DNA of 64,000 bases, taken from positions 139,438,001 through 139,502,000 of the forward strand of contig NC_043000.1 in assembly GCF_006345805.1 (NCBI RefSeq), written 5' to 3'. This DNA comes from Octopus sinensis. Its lineage: Eukaryota. The position numbers were made by a program, and so were the translations under genes. Below are positions 39,329-51,720 of this stretch, one piece after another (within the stretch, counting starts at the first letter, position 1; each line of letters starts with the position of its first letter). The notes below the pieces were generated by a model. That model saw only the letters and a list, made by a program, of their open reading frames with translations, made no database searches and was not told where the DNA came from.

Positions 39329-40002
39329 TCAAATTGCTTATGAAATGGATATAAGTACAGTATCAATGCATTCCATTTTACTAGGGGATTTGTGCATGTA
39401 GGAAGTGTTGGTGAAATTCATCCCCAAGGTAATGCAGCTCTATAACACCACCCTTACTCACATACCTCATACTCTTTTACTCCTTACCCTCTCATCTCAT
39501 CCTCTCTCTCCCCCTCACCTCTCCCTTCCTCCTATCACTTTATCCTGACCATTAGCTAACACACTCTCTCGCATTTTGTTCCCTCTTCATTTCTCTTTTG
39601 TTTTCCCTCCTTTTTTCATTTTCTCTTTTTTCCTCCCATTCTCTCTTCTTATTTTTGATTTGACCTATCCCCTCTTTCTAATCATACACGTCTCTCTTCC
39701 TTCCATCTATTCATTAATATTACCAACGCATTCCCAAATTTCAATTTACACCAAAAAAACCGCTCGACTGAGTAACACTGTTTACAAGGCTCTATGCTTG
39801 GAATGACCAAATATAACTACCATTGGAACTCACACACCAGGTATAAGAAACTGCTTCACCTCTTGTATACACCATTCTTCTTGAATAATGGAACTACAAA
39901 TACAATATCCTTTACGTATCTCAATTCTACTTTCATTTTCTTACTTCCCTCTGTATTTTATATCTTCTCTACAATAATTAATACTCAAACATTTTCTTGC
40001 AC

Positions 40003-40052
40003 TGTCTCTGAAGAAGTGATATGTAAAATATCCCCGAAACAGCTGTAAGACA
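40003..40052 (+). ncRNA. minimal type I hammerhead ribozyme motif (Penelope pseudo-LTR type)
   Basis: TGTCT-CTGAAGA-AGTGATAT-GTAAA-ATATCCCC-GAAAC-AGCT-GTA-AGACA. Palindromic stem III ACAGCTGT and GUA triplet; two mismatches in stem II. Confidence 0.68.
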
Positions 40053-40270
40053 TTTTCTTTATAAATGTTCTGAAAACTATTTACAACCTTGGATTTTTTT
40101 TATCTCGTTCTGTCAATTTATATATATATGCATGCTAATACATGACCCACGTTGGACTCCTCACTCTTATCATTATTGAACCTGGAGTTTAACTAAGGTC
40201 TATCTGAAGCACTTACTTGGCATTACCAGAGACCTTTCGGGTCTTCTTGACACCAATACTTCTCATACAC

Positions 40271-40700
40271 TATCATCATCATCATCATCATCATAATCCT
40301 CATCATCGTTTAACGTCTGTTTTCCGTGCTAGCATAGGTTGGACGGTTCGACCGGGGTCTGGGAAGCCAGGAGGCTGCACCAGGCTCCAGTCTGATCTGG
40401 CTGTGTTTCTACAGGTGGAAGCCCTTCCTAACGCCAACCACTCCGTGAGTTTAGTGGGTGCTTTTTACATGCCACCAGCACAGGTGCCAGGGGAGGCTGG
40501 CAACAGCCACAATCAGTTGGTGCTTTTTACGTGCCACTGGCACGGAAGCCAGTCATCGTAGTGCTGGCATTGACTATGTACGGATGGTGCTTTTTACGTA
40601 CGAACCCATACCAGCATAGACAACAGGCATTATATGGTGATGATGACGATGATGATGCTTCAGTCACTGGACTTGCTTTGGTCACTGGACTACAGCTGTG
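40271..40700 (-). mobile_element. RTE-type 3'-end element (family C), long copy
   Basis: (CAT)n tail, family motifs and several GGTGCTTTTTAC subrepeats. Confidence 0.8.
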
Positions 40701-42561
40701 CTGGAGCAACACGTAATGTGTTGTTTCTTTTTAAATTTCATTTGAGTCTTGCTAGTAAACTGGATATTCTTAACATCTTACTTTCGACAAAATTCTCTAT
40801 GAATTTTCACAGTTAGTTGCACTGTATTCACACACACACAATGGATTATATCATAATAGTGTGATGTATAATTAACCTTGGCTGCTTCGAAATAAATCAA
40901 CCCTGTATTGTATTTAAAGTATATTCACTTCAATGTGAGAGCATATTAACTTGGGTGTTAACCCTTAAGAATCTTCACAGTCAGACAAGTGTGATTACTC
41001 ATACAAAATGGATTATGTCAAAGCCTGCGTGGTATAATCTAAAATTAAGAAGTCTATCAGAATTTATATATACTTAGTCAGTAGTAGGCTTTAGTTGCGT
41101 TAGACCTGATAATGTCCAATAAGTATGAAAATTATAATTTTCTAGTTGCTAAGCTCATATTTTCTCTTATTTGTTTAATTATCAAACTTATTTCACAGTA
41201 CACTAAATTATGTTCACTTATACAATATTTCACACCAGCGAAAATGTCTGTTAGAGTTTTGTTCCAACTGTTTGCCTGTAATACAATAATATCAATTTGT
41301 CTGAGAAATTATACATGAAGGGATTTGATAAATTCTCTATTCACACTTTACAAATTACAGGAAATAATATCTTTGTTACGTGGCTCTTGTTTGAAGATAA
41401 TTTCTTTGCTTTTTGCTGTCTTTGTTTCCTTGATGAACAATTTGTGCTAATAAAGCATATATACATACATAATTATTTTCTTTGTTAACCAGGGAATGAA
41501 AAAGTGTTCTAATGACCTGTTAAAAAAATAGTAAATTATGTAATAAACAAATAACGCTGCTTGAGATAAAAAAAAGATGCAATAAAACAAAACAATTGCT
41601 TGTAGATGATAATGACAGCTTTTAATTTCCTTCTGTGTCAATAAACGATGTTTTAATCTTCTTACTTTGATTTTATTATAATGAATTTGAAATAGTAAAG
41701 CAACAATAAATAAATTAAAAGAGCTGCTTGGGTTTCACATTAACAAATTTTTATTTTATTTTAATTAATGGAAGGTGGTTATAAGGTTAACCTGCTGAAC
41801 CTATGTCAAACTGAGCAACTTAAAACAAGCGAAGGATGGAAATAAATTATAAGAGAAAGCTGAAAAACAACAGTAAACATGATGACATTGATGGTACTGA
41901 TGACTTGTTTTGTAGGTGGGGTGTGTGTTGATGGTGCTGTGTTTATGGGACTGATCATAGCTTTAGGATAGCTGGTGGCGGTAGTGGTATTTTTGATAGT
42001 GATGCTGACAGTTGATGGTGGTTGTGATATTGATTGTGGCAGAAGTTATGCCAATCGTGATGATAATGATGGCAGTAGTAATTGTGTACATGGCAGTGGC
42101 ATTGGTGATAGTAATGTAAGTAGTGATGGTGGTATATGTGGCAGGAGAGATGGAAGTGGTAGTGGCAATGGTAATACTGCCAATGCTTGTTATTATAATG
42201 ATGATGATGATAGTTTTTTTTTTTCTTATGGCATTCTGTTTTATGTGACTTTTTGTAACAAAAAACAAAACAATTATTAATAGATAGAATTCATTTCTAA
42301 AATAAGAATAGATTTACTGTAGGAACTGTTCTCTATGTCTAATGATCCAAAATTAAGTAGCAATATATGTCTAGTTAATACTGATATAGGTGAATAAATT
42401 TATTTTGGAAACTCTAATGTTAACCAGCTCCTCCATCACTGAACTGGAGAAGAATCAACTTGATGATGTAGTTAAAAAATGATTTTAGAAAACAAACAAA
42501 ACACTAACAGCAAAAGTAAAACAACTCAATAAACCATATTTATTACAATGACTGTTCACAC

Positions 42562-42829
42562 CTGACTGAGCAAGTTTTGTCAATGAGAGTATATCTATGC
42601 AGTTACTTGGCCTACAAGAAATAACAATCAAATCACACCCTCTTGTCTTCATAAAATGCGAAGTACGCATTGGATGATGTAGTCTAACAAGTTCTATTTC
42701 ACAGCATGGTACTTTGGGCAAGAATCTTTTACCATAGTTTAGGTCTATCTTAATTTGGTGGATGGCAACTGTATGGAAGTTTATCCATGCGATGATTCCT
42801 GTTCTTGGATCAAAAATCAAATCCATCAT
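42562..42829 (-). CDS. candidate host-gene exon, product unknown (weak resemblance to a beta-propeller/YWTD blade)
   Basis: 89 stop-free, non-repetitive codons; acceptor TTCTCCTAG|ATG and donor CAG|GTGTGA. FDPRTGIIAWIN loosely resembles the YWTD repeat pattern. No homology search was possible. Confidence 0.35.
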
Positions 42830-43239
42830 CTAGGAGAACATCATCAATAGTTCCTTGGTCACCCTTCCTTAATGCTAGGATCATTTGGGACAGACTTAAA
42901 GCTTGAAAATAATTTCTACCTAAAAATCTTAGAGGCTGGGGAAGTGTCACAAGTATTGTCTTATGAGTGAACTAATAAAAATATATTCTCATCATCATCA
43001 TCATTTCTCATATTTGCATGCATGAAATAAGATTATGTGGTCCTGCCTGGCACCTACTCCTATTTCCTGGTGAAGTAATACTCAAGGTAGGCCAGGCATA
43101 GTTATACAGGGAACCAGACAAAAATAAAACCATCCAACACCATCAGCAAGGGAATCGTTTACTGTCAGGGAACACATGTAAAGACAAGGAGAAACACGAA
43201 TTCCCTCACCCACATGCATGCATACATGCACATGCATGC

Positions 43240-43270
<31 letters not shown>

Positions 43271-44318
43271 TGAATATGGTACTTAAGTTAAAGGCACCAG
43301 AATTTGGTATGGTATTACCCATATAAATCAAATGGGGTGATTATAATCAAAATAAGCAACAAGGATATCCAAGGTAGTGTAGTACAATCGTTTCATGCTA
43401 CTTCATTTTATTAAACAGTGTAAGTATTACATGAGTTTTAAAATGTAGAGCAATCTTCAGCCAGATATAGAATTTTTTAATTGAATAGACAATATACATT
43501 TTTATACTTATTTCATTTGCCAACATTACAAAGAGGGTAGATATATAGACAGAGAGGTTAATTTCATCATTAAGAATATGGTAGTAGAAGGTCCTTCTCC
43601 ATCTGTAGATTTTTTATCTCTGAGTTTACTTTGTTATTTAGATTTATCAATGGGGAGGTTTTTTTTTTAGCTAAAATACATTTAAATATGCCTAAGATGA
43701 ATTCCTCATAATGGGGCTGGATTTATGGCTTTGACATTTGTACTACCCCATCCTCTACCTATAAATAGAAAAAATTCTTGTTTGTCTCCAGATAGATAGA
43801 TAGATATATACATGCATACATATACATATATATGCATGTATAAGGTCAGATGAGGTGTGAAGTTAAGGTATTTCCATGGAAGCACTTGGTCTGAATACTA
43901 GGCTATCAACACTGTCCGGTTCTTGGTCAATGGTGGAATAATTGAAGTGTAGAAAATCCAAGTTTCATGATGATTATACCATAAAATGGGTTTGGTGAAG
44001 AGTAAATAATCCAATGAAAAGAAGACAAAGAAAATTATTTAACACATCTTTAATTACAATTGCTTGTGTACCATCTCTTTTTCCAATGCCAGTTTACACA
44101 AAAATCTTTCAGACCTTCTGAAGTGCACAATGTGACAACACACCTTTGAAGCAAGTCTGATAAAGTGCCTCTTTAATGTCTAAAGCCACAAACGTTTTGT
44201 GAATTTTCATTTAGAATTTTTCTTTAAACTGATGTGGCAAATAAAGATTGTACGGAAACAATTGCAACATTTCATTAAGAAGTGTTAAAGAATTTTCTTT
44301 ATTCTCTTCTTTACATCG

Positions 44319-44364
<46 letters not shown>

Positions 44365-44576
44365 TTCTGCGTGTAATGGCAGTATAAGCTAATGGAGGAT
44401 TTTCTTAAATCAATCACTTTATGAAGAACATCTTACACCTTGGATGAATGATACTGATTACACTACACGTTAATTATTATATCAACTCACCAATATGATA
44501 TAAATGTAAAATTATGGTGAAGAAATGGTAGTGATTTCTAGATAAAGAATGTTACTTAATCCATTTTCTCTCTCCC

Positions 44577-44632
<56 letters not shown>

Positions 44633-45128
44633 CATACATGCATATATACATATATATATATGTATGTGTATGTATATATATATGTGTGTGTGTCTGTGTG
44701 TGTCTGTGAGTGTGTGTGTATAGTAACAAAAGTTTCAATGTAACAATGTTTTCTAAGCATTTTTCTAAAGATTCTACCAACTTGCAACGGTATAATATTT
44801 GCTCCTTAGCATTTAATCAATCCATCCCAAATATTCTACCTCTTTTATATTCATACTGGCCAGATCCAGCCTCTCACACATAGACTACAATGTTATTTTC
44901 AAAATAAACAATCACATAATTAAAATGTCAAATCTACAAGATAATGCATGATTAATTCAAAACAATGTGAATAAATAAGCATTACATTTGACAAACTAAT
45001 CGAAATGCTAAAGGGTTAATAAAAGTTTATGCTGAAATTAGTGAAAATAATTGCAGCGTGGAAGGTGTTTATAAGCCATTTAAGAAACACACAAAAACTG
45101 TTAGATTCACTTCAACATTTAAATTTAA

Positions 45129-45179
45129 TTTGTCAAAATATTTTCGTCACTTTGAGAGCATGACCTGTTCACTGACAAA
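45129..45179 (-). ncRNA. hammerhead-like motif with G3:C8 core (left arm)
   Basis: Minus strand TTTGTCA-GTGAACA-G-GTCAT-GCTCTCAAA-GTGAC-GAAA-ATAT-TT-TGACAAA. Confidence 0.55.
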
Positions 45180-45213
45180 ACTTTGCGAGGCAGCACAAGA
45201 TGCAGCATGAAGC

Positions 45214-45264
45214 TTTGTCAGTGAACAGGTCGCGGTCTCAAAGCGACGAAAATATTTTGACAAA
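45214..45264 (+). ncRNA. hammerhead-like motif with G3:C8 core (right arm)
   Basis: TTTGTCA-GTGAACA-G-GTCGC-GGTCTCAAA-GCGAC-GAAA-ATAT-TT-TGACAAA: 7-bp stem I, 5-bp stem II, palindromic AATATT stem III. Confidence 0.6.
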
Positions 45265-48102
45265 TTAAATTTAAATGTTGAAGTGAATCTAACAGTTTTT
45301 GTGTGTTTCTTAAATGGTTTATAAACACCTTCCACGCTGTAATTGTTTTCGTTCCAGCACACGATCTCAGATCAGGTCACTTGCTATGCAAGTACATCTC
45401 TGTAATTAGTGAAAATACTTATCTGGAATCAAATACTTATATTCAAAATTGCAGTTGGTAGTCAGAATATACTGATGAGAAAATCTTAAGCTTGCTAAAC
45501 TTGCTAAATGCATTAGCAAAATATCACCATATCAATTTCTAGCTTCTTGGAAAGAGAAAGACCACATTGGAAAATGTAATGTTAGAAAGATGGAAGGGTT
45601 GCTGGTGGAATATGCTTTCAATATAGGTCTGCTTGACTAGGACTGTCCCGGTATTAAATAACAGGACCAATATTTATGATATATTAGAATTTACTAATGA
45701 GTAGAATATTAACTGTAAATATGTTCAATATAGTGCTGATATTTAACGTCTTTCTGTCAGTATTCTCCTTCATACAAAGTGTACAGAAAATTCACAGCTA
45801 CAAGATTCTTCGTCTATTTTCTTATACATCTTTTGAAAGACTTCTACATCACTAATCAGGTTCAACACCAGGCTATCACTCCAGCAATCATTTTGTCAAG
45901 TGAGTAATTATACATCCATGTAAATACTTCGGTTACATAACATTATTATGTATCTGTACAAGGTAAAAAATACAAGAATAAAGAAACAACAAAGTACTTA
46001 AGTCAACGTGAATATTTGACATTCTAAATTAGATTTTGTCACTTCGTTGCAAATATGATGTTATTGAAACTTGGTGTGTATGTTAACAGGCTGGAACATC
46101 TTTATATAGCAATGCTTAATAAATAACACAAATATAACCCTACCCAGTGTAAAGAAATATACAAGTATACAAGTTGTGTGATTTATTTACTCTCACATAA
46201 TATTATTTCACAAAACAGCGAAACCTCAAAGAAAAATATACCATTGCAGTACTGGAAGTTTCCCCATATAGCATCTCTCAAACCAGCCATTTATCTACCT
46301 AACTTCGACTGGTGAGTCATTATAGGAAACATTTTTTTCTTGTACTTTTATTCTTTCTTGGATACTAATCAAGAGTATTTCCCTATAGTATTCTTATAAA
46401 TGATAACAGCTAAATCTGACCAAGTATATATAAAAGAAACCAATGATAAAAACCAAGAAAAAAAACAACTTTAAAAACAAAATAAAAAAAGAAAATGAAA
46501 TGTGCCTATCAAATAGCAAAACATATGACAATAAGACAGATTAGAAATTTATATCAATAGCCTTTCCATCGCTGCACTGTTAAGAATGGAATATAAGGCA
46601 TTCAACCTGAAATCATTATACAGAAATTGTATTGATAAACTTTTTGGAAACTTTGACTAGTTAGCTGTTATAAAATATGTTCTTTCTTTCTTCTCCTCCC
46701 TGTGACTGCTTCAGACTGACAGAAAATAACAATATTAATAATAATAAAAAAAAAAAGAACCTCAAACAGGCAAAAATTGGTAATTCTCCCGCAATTTATT
46801 CTCTATGTTGCTGATTTATTAGAGTTTAGTACATCTTTGAAATTGCACTCATAATGGATTAATTATTTCATCAAATTCCCGCTTTCAAATTCCAGAAATT
46901 ACATTTTTAGTTTCTGATAGAAAACAAATCCTAGTGGAATAGCATCAGTTAAATTCCTTATTGAAAAAATATCTATATAGATTAGTCTAGCAAAATATTT
47001 TCATAACAAATGATTTTTATTTTATTTTTTCCATCTTTACTTATTTATTTATTCCGTGTCATAAAGCAATGTGTTCAGTGATGACAAATAATTCTTTCAC
47101 TGTTTAGATGTTAATAATACTAATTTACATTTTGAAGAAAATAAAACCCAGCAAAATACAAATATACACACACACACACAATGGAAAAAAAAACAACAAA
47201 ACAAAATACTTGTTTATATATATATATATATAGTTACTTGATTTATATATATTTACTTGATTTCAAAATTTGGTATAATATATAGAACATAGTTGATTTC
47301 GTTATCACAAAAAAAATCTGTCTTTCATTGCTCAACCTATATTGCCCAGTATGAAGTTCTACTTAATAAAAAGGTTTCTACATTCACCTACTTTATCTTC
47401 AGTTTCATTTCCCATATAAAAGCATTACTCATTTTTTAGTACTCTCTCTCTCTCTCTCTACATTACTTCATACATGCAATTATTATGCGTACCAACATCC
47501 TTTTGTTATTAAAGTTCAAACAACTATGAACTGGCCTGAGTGTACACCATGTACTCCATAATTGGATTTTAAATTTTCCATATTTCTCAACACCTCTTAT
47601 TAAATGGCTAATTCCCTTCACATATGGAAAAATGCTATCTCTGTTCCTCTAATTTTGTCAAATTTTAATCTATGACTATCTCATGTCTAATATTTCAAAT
47701 GCAGCAGTGACAATTACAGATAAATACTTTTCATAACAATTTCATTGTGTACTCTCTTCAGTAAGAATGTATAGCTCAAAATCTTTCCCCTTGAATCTAC
47801 ATTAACCAATAAAGGGACTTCAACTTGAGTACTTACTCCAAAAAAGAAAAAAAAATACACCCAAATTTCCCTCAAATCAAACCACACCACCACAAACAAA
47901 GAATGGATAAAATGTAGTTCCAGATACACTGAAATAAAAATGGGATAGTTATTACTTTAATCTCAAGTCTCCTCAGTCAAGTTTGTCCTGGAGCTAAATA
48001 GCAACTAAAGTTTATTTTGCTGCAGAGATCCTTATAATAGTATATTGCATTTTAGAACTTGGCGGAAAAAAAACGAAACAGACCTATATATTTTATATTA
48101 AC

Positions 48103-48300
48103 CAAGAAAATGTATAGTAATTTCATTTATTTCTCTTGCAAATTTTTGTACACTGCCAGGCCCTTGAATGCCAGTAATAGAACTCAGTGTGATGTGAACA
48201 TTCAGACCATGTTTTTTACCCAAAGATAGAGCAATTGATGCATTGATATACAACAGCTTACAGTGTTCCTTCTTCTCTCTGATCATCAATGTTGAAGGAC
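48103..48300 (-). CDS. candidate host-gene exon, product unknown
   Basis: TTATTTTGCAG| acceptor; 198-nt phase 1-1 open frame (GPSTLMIREKKEHCKLLYINASIALSLGKKHGLNVHITLSS...); weak donor G|GTTAAT, or an in-frame stop one codon later. Confidence 0.35.
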
Positions 48301-49636
48301 CTGCAAAATAATCAATTATAGATGCCCTTTCTTCTGGCTCAAGAATAAAAAAAATATGTTTTTTATTTACACACAAGCATATATATATACATACTTATAT
48401 ATCTATGCTAGCTGAATAGCCCATCATTGCTAGACAATTTTTACTATAGAATGTCTTATATAATTTTTTATTTATTCTATGTCAGAGCATGCCTTCCCTT
48501 ACAGATAGGCCTCTTGATCAGGACAGACTTGTGCAACTTTTCACCAAAAAACTTCACTGAGAATTTTTCTTCCCGTTTTAAATAATTTACATGTCTGTTT
48601 GACTGTTTCACATGATTTTATTCATTAAAACTTCAGAAGTTCTTACAACTTTGGTCATTGTAATGCTTTGCTTTCGTTTGTTTAATAAAAATTCCTTGTC
48701 TTAATGATTTTGCTTTCATTTCGTGATAGACAGATATCATGAAGAAAATGCCAACTTCCAAAGCACATTTTCTGATTAGGTAAAATTCATTAAGCTTTAA
48801 AACTCAGTAATATTTTTCTGAAATTTTTCTGGAACAAATAAGTAACAAAATCGGATTTAACATGGAAAATTATATCAATATACCAAATATGGAAATTTTG
48901 ACTTAATTTTAAAATCTCACAATATGTGACAGCAATGGGAAGACCCTACAAAAGTAGAAAGACAGAGAGTTATAGGACGTCACACACACATGCGCACATG
49001 CACACACACGCACATACATTTACAAACGTACACACAGGTAATCACGAGCTTAAAATGGTGTATAGTAGACATATGTATATAACTATGTATGTATGTACGT
49101 ATTTATATATATGTATATATGTGTGTCTGTATGTGAGTGTTTCTTTGCGATGGACAGCAGAAAAGCCACCTACCCTCTTTCTCCTTAAAGCTATGTATTC
49201 CTCATACCCACCTTTCTGTGTGTGAGTGTGCTTTGTATCTATGTATTTACGAAAGTATGTACGCAGCGTTGCATGTATGCAGTGTTGCAGTTATATGACA
49301 GCTGCGTTAATGTTAGCATCCCATTGCCACTGTCATTTTCGCCTTCACTGATATAAGTCACCCTCTCTATGTTACTACCTTTCCCTCAGACTAATACTTT
49401 TTGCAACCTTCTCATTTTATCATATAATTTGCCCAATGCCCCTGGGAGTACATTATAGAGTTTTATTGAAATTCAGTTGGCCTATTTTTGAACTGGATGT
49501 TAGCGTAACATGTATAAAAAGTTTCGTGAATATTGGTTTGCTGGTTTAGGCACTATAATGGTAACAAACAGAGAAATTGCCATTTATATATTAGATGTGT
49601 GTGAGTGTGTGTGTGTGTATTATGCATGCATGTATA

Positions 49637-49679
<43 letters not shown>

Positions 49680-50484
49680 TCATCATCATCATCGGTGTCG
49701 TCGTCATCATCATCATCACTATCACCATCATTTAACATGTCTTCCATGCTGGCATGAGTTGAATGATCTGACAGGACCTCGCAAGGCTGGGGCTGTACCA
49801 GGTTCCATTGTCTGTTCTGGCATGGTTTTTATGACTGAATTCCATTCCTACCACCAACCACTTCACAGAGTGTACTGGGGAATTTTTTCATGGTACCAAC
49901 ATCAGTGCTTCTTATGTGACACCAGCACTAGTGGTTTTTACTTGGATCTAGCACCAACAGGGTCACCAAGTACCAGCCAAAACAAAAAACCCTCAACTGG
50001 GTGGGGGAAGTTGTATTGAGGGGCATGTATGGCTTCATGTAAGTTGAGAGATTAAAGGTATAAAGAGGCAGAAACAATTGACTTGTTGTAGAATAGATAC
50101 ATGGATACTCCAGTTGGGAAAGAAATGAGTATGATTTAGAGAATAAGATAAGGAGAGCAATTGTGATGGATTACTCCATAATATGTATGTCTGTAAACCT
50201 TAACAGCAAAAGTGCTTGCATGCAATACAAAAATATCCTTCCCAAAAGTTTGCGTTATTCTGTCTCTTAAGATGTTTGTATATGATTGATAATTTTATTT
50301 TGATAATAAAAGTAATTTTAATAAATTTAATAATAGAAATACACACATATATATGTGCATGTGTGTGTGTATATGTGAGTATAATACATACATATATACA
50401 CATATATGTCTATATGCATGTGTGTGTATATATATACACATACACACACACATATATGCATCTATTTATCTATCTATCTATCTA

Positions 50485-50579
<95 letters not shown>

Positions 50580-50616
50580 GTATATATATATGTGTGTGTT
50601 TTGAGTGTGTGTGTGT

Positions 50617-51553
50617 TTGTGTGTGAATGTGTATTTGGGTTTGTTATTTAGGATTTGGGATGTATGTGTTAATTTGTCTGTCTGGGGAGGGAGTGGTTTT
50701 TGGTGTATATTGAGGTTTATAAGTTAGTATAGGTTTGTGTATAAGTCTTGGGTCTGTGGTTTACGTGTGGGTTTTTTGTGTGTGAATGTTTAGGTTAGGG
50801 GGATTGCTATATAAGTTTGTTATAGGTTTTTAAAGGGAGATTTTATCGTTATATACTTTTATGAGTTTTGGTTTATCATGGTTTTCTTAGGTAATTCGTG
50901 GTATTTTGTCTATTTTAGGTGTTGGTTATTTTTTTACATTGTTTCATTCATAATTTTTGAGTGGTGTTCGTTTTGCCACGTGAATAACCGGGTGGTGGAC
51001 TAGCGTTACTTGGAATGTGAATGGAATAGTGTAGTAGTGAGGTAGGCATAGAGAATGGGATTGGGTTACTGCAAGTTGTTTGTTAGAGATGCTAAGGTGA
51101 GTTAAAGCTCATAAATGTATAAAATGTATATAATGTTTTTTGTGGGTGTGTAAGTATTGTTGTATATGTCGAATTTAGTGAGTATGTATAGGCGTATATG
51201 TGAGGGAGTATATGTATCTTTTGTGTGTGAGTGTTTTGCGTGTGAGTGTGTGTTTTGTGTGTGAATGTGTATATGGGTTTGTTATTTAGGTTTTGGGATG
51301 TATGTGTTAATTTGTCTGTGTGGGGAGGGAGTGGGTTTTGGTGTATATTGAGGTTTATAAGTTAGTATAGGTATGTGTATAAGTCGTGAGTCTGTGGTTT
51401 ACGTGTGTGTATTTGTGTGTGAATGTTTAGGTTAGGGGGTTTACTTTATAGGTTTGTTATAGAGTTTAGCAAAGGGAGATTTTATCGTTATATGTTTTTA
51501 AGAGTTTTGTTTTATCATGGTTTTTTTTAGGGAATTCGTGGTAATTAGTCTAT
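50617..51553 (+). repeat. diverged ~300-bp direct repeat (50617-50913 and 51255-51553) in G/T-rich, C-poor sequence
   Basis: Aligned by eye, e.g. GGTGTATATTGAGGTTTATAAGTTAGTATAGG occurs twice; offset about 638. Confidence 0.8.
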
Positions 51554-51677
51554 ATTTTCGATATGGATTATATATAGGTTATATATGGATTATATACTTA
51601 TATTTTTTCATTTATACTTTAATTATTTAAAAGTATTATTTTTATATTTTAAAATTTTGATTTTTTAGATTGGAAGT

Positions 51678-51720
51678 CCACCTGAAGATTGTCGATCAAG
51701 ACAAGAAACGATTGTAGTGG
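51678..51720 (+). ncRNA. minimal type I hammerhead ribozyme motif
   Basis: CCAC-CTGAAGA-TTGTC-GATCAA-GACAA-GAAAC-GATT-GTA-GTGG; all three stems and the core are canonical, GUA triplet. Confidence 0.78.

Larger units (their letters stand above)
45050..45403 (+). mobile_element. 354-bp fold-back non-autonomous retroelement (inverted pseudo-LTR-like arms) with 14-bp TSD
   Basis: Arms 45043-45182 and 45211-45350, 132/140 identical by eye; AATTAGTGAAAATA at 45036-45049 and 45404-45417. Confidence 0.75.

Noticed and set aside
40215-40270. Minus-strand half hammerhead (..GACCC-GAAA-GGTCTC-TGGT)
   Set aside because: The CUGAUGA side is lost at the junction with the adjacent (CAT)n element; at most a destroyed remnant.
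43375-43430. Minus-strand GAAACGATTGTACTAC, same stem III as the 51678 motif
   Set aside because: No upstream core or stem I partner; decayed.
44804-45019. Possible second TTAA MITE family (..AAATGCTAAAGGG|TTAA)
   Set aside because: Only the right terminus is clear; the left TIR is degenerate and there is no second copy in the window.
45761-45899. Plus-strand open frame between CTGTCAG| and |GTGAGT
   Set aside because: Short, with no recognisable motif and no partner exons; chance splice-like signals are common in 64 kb.
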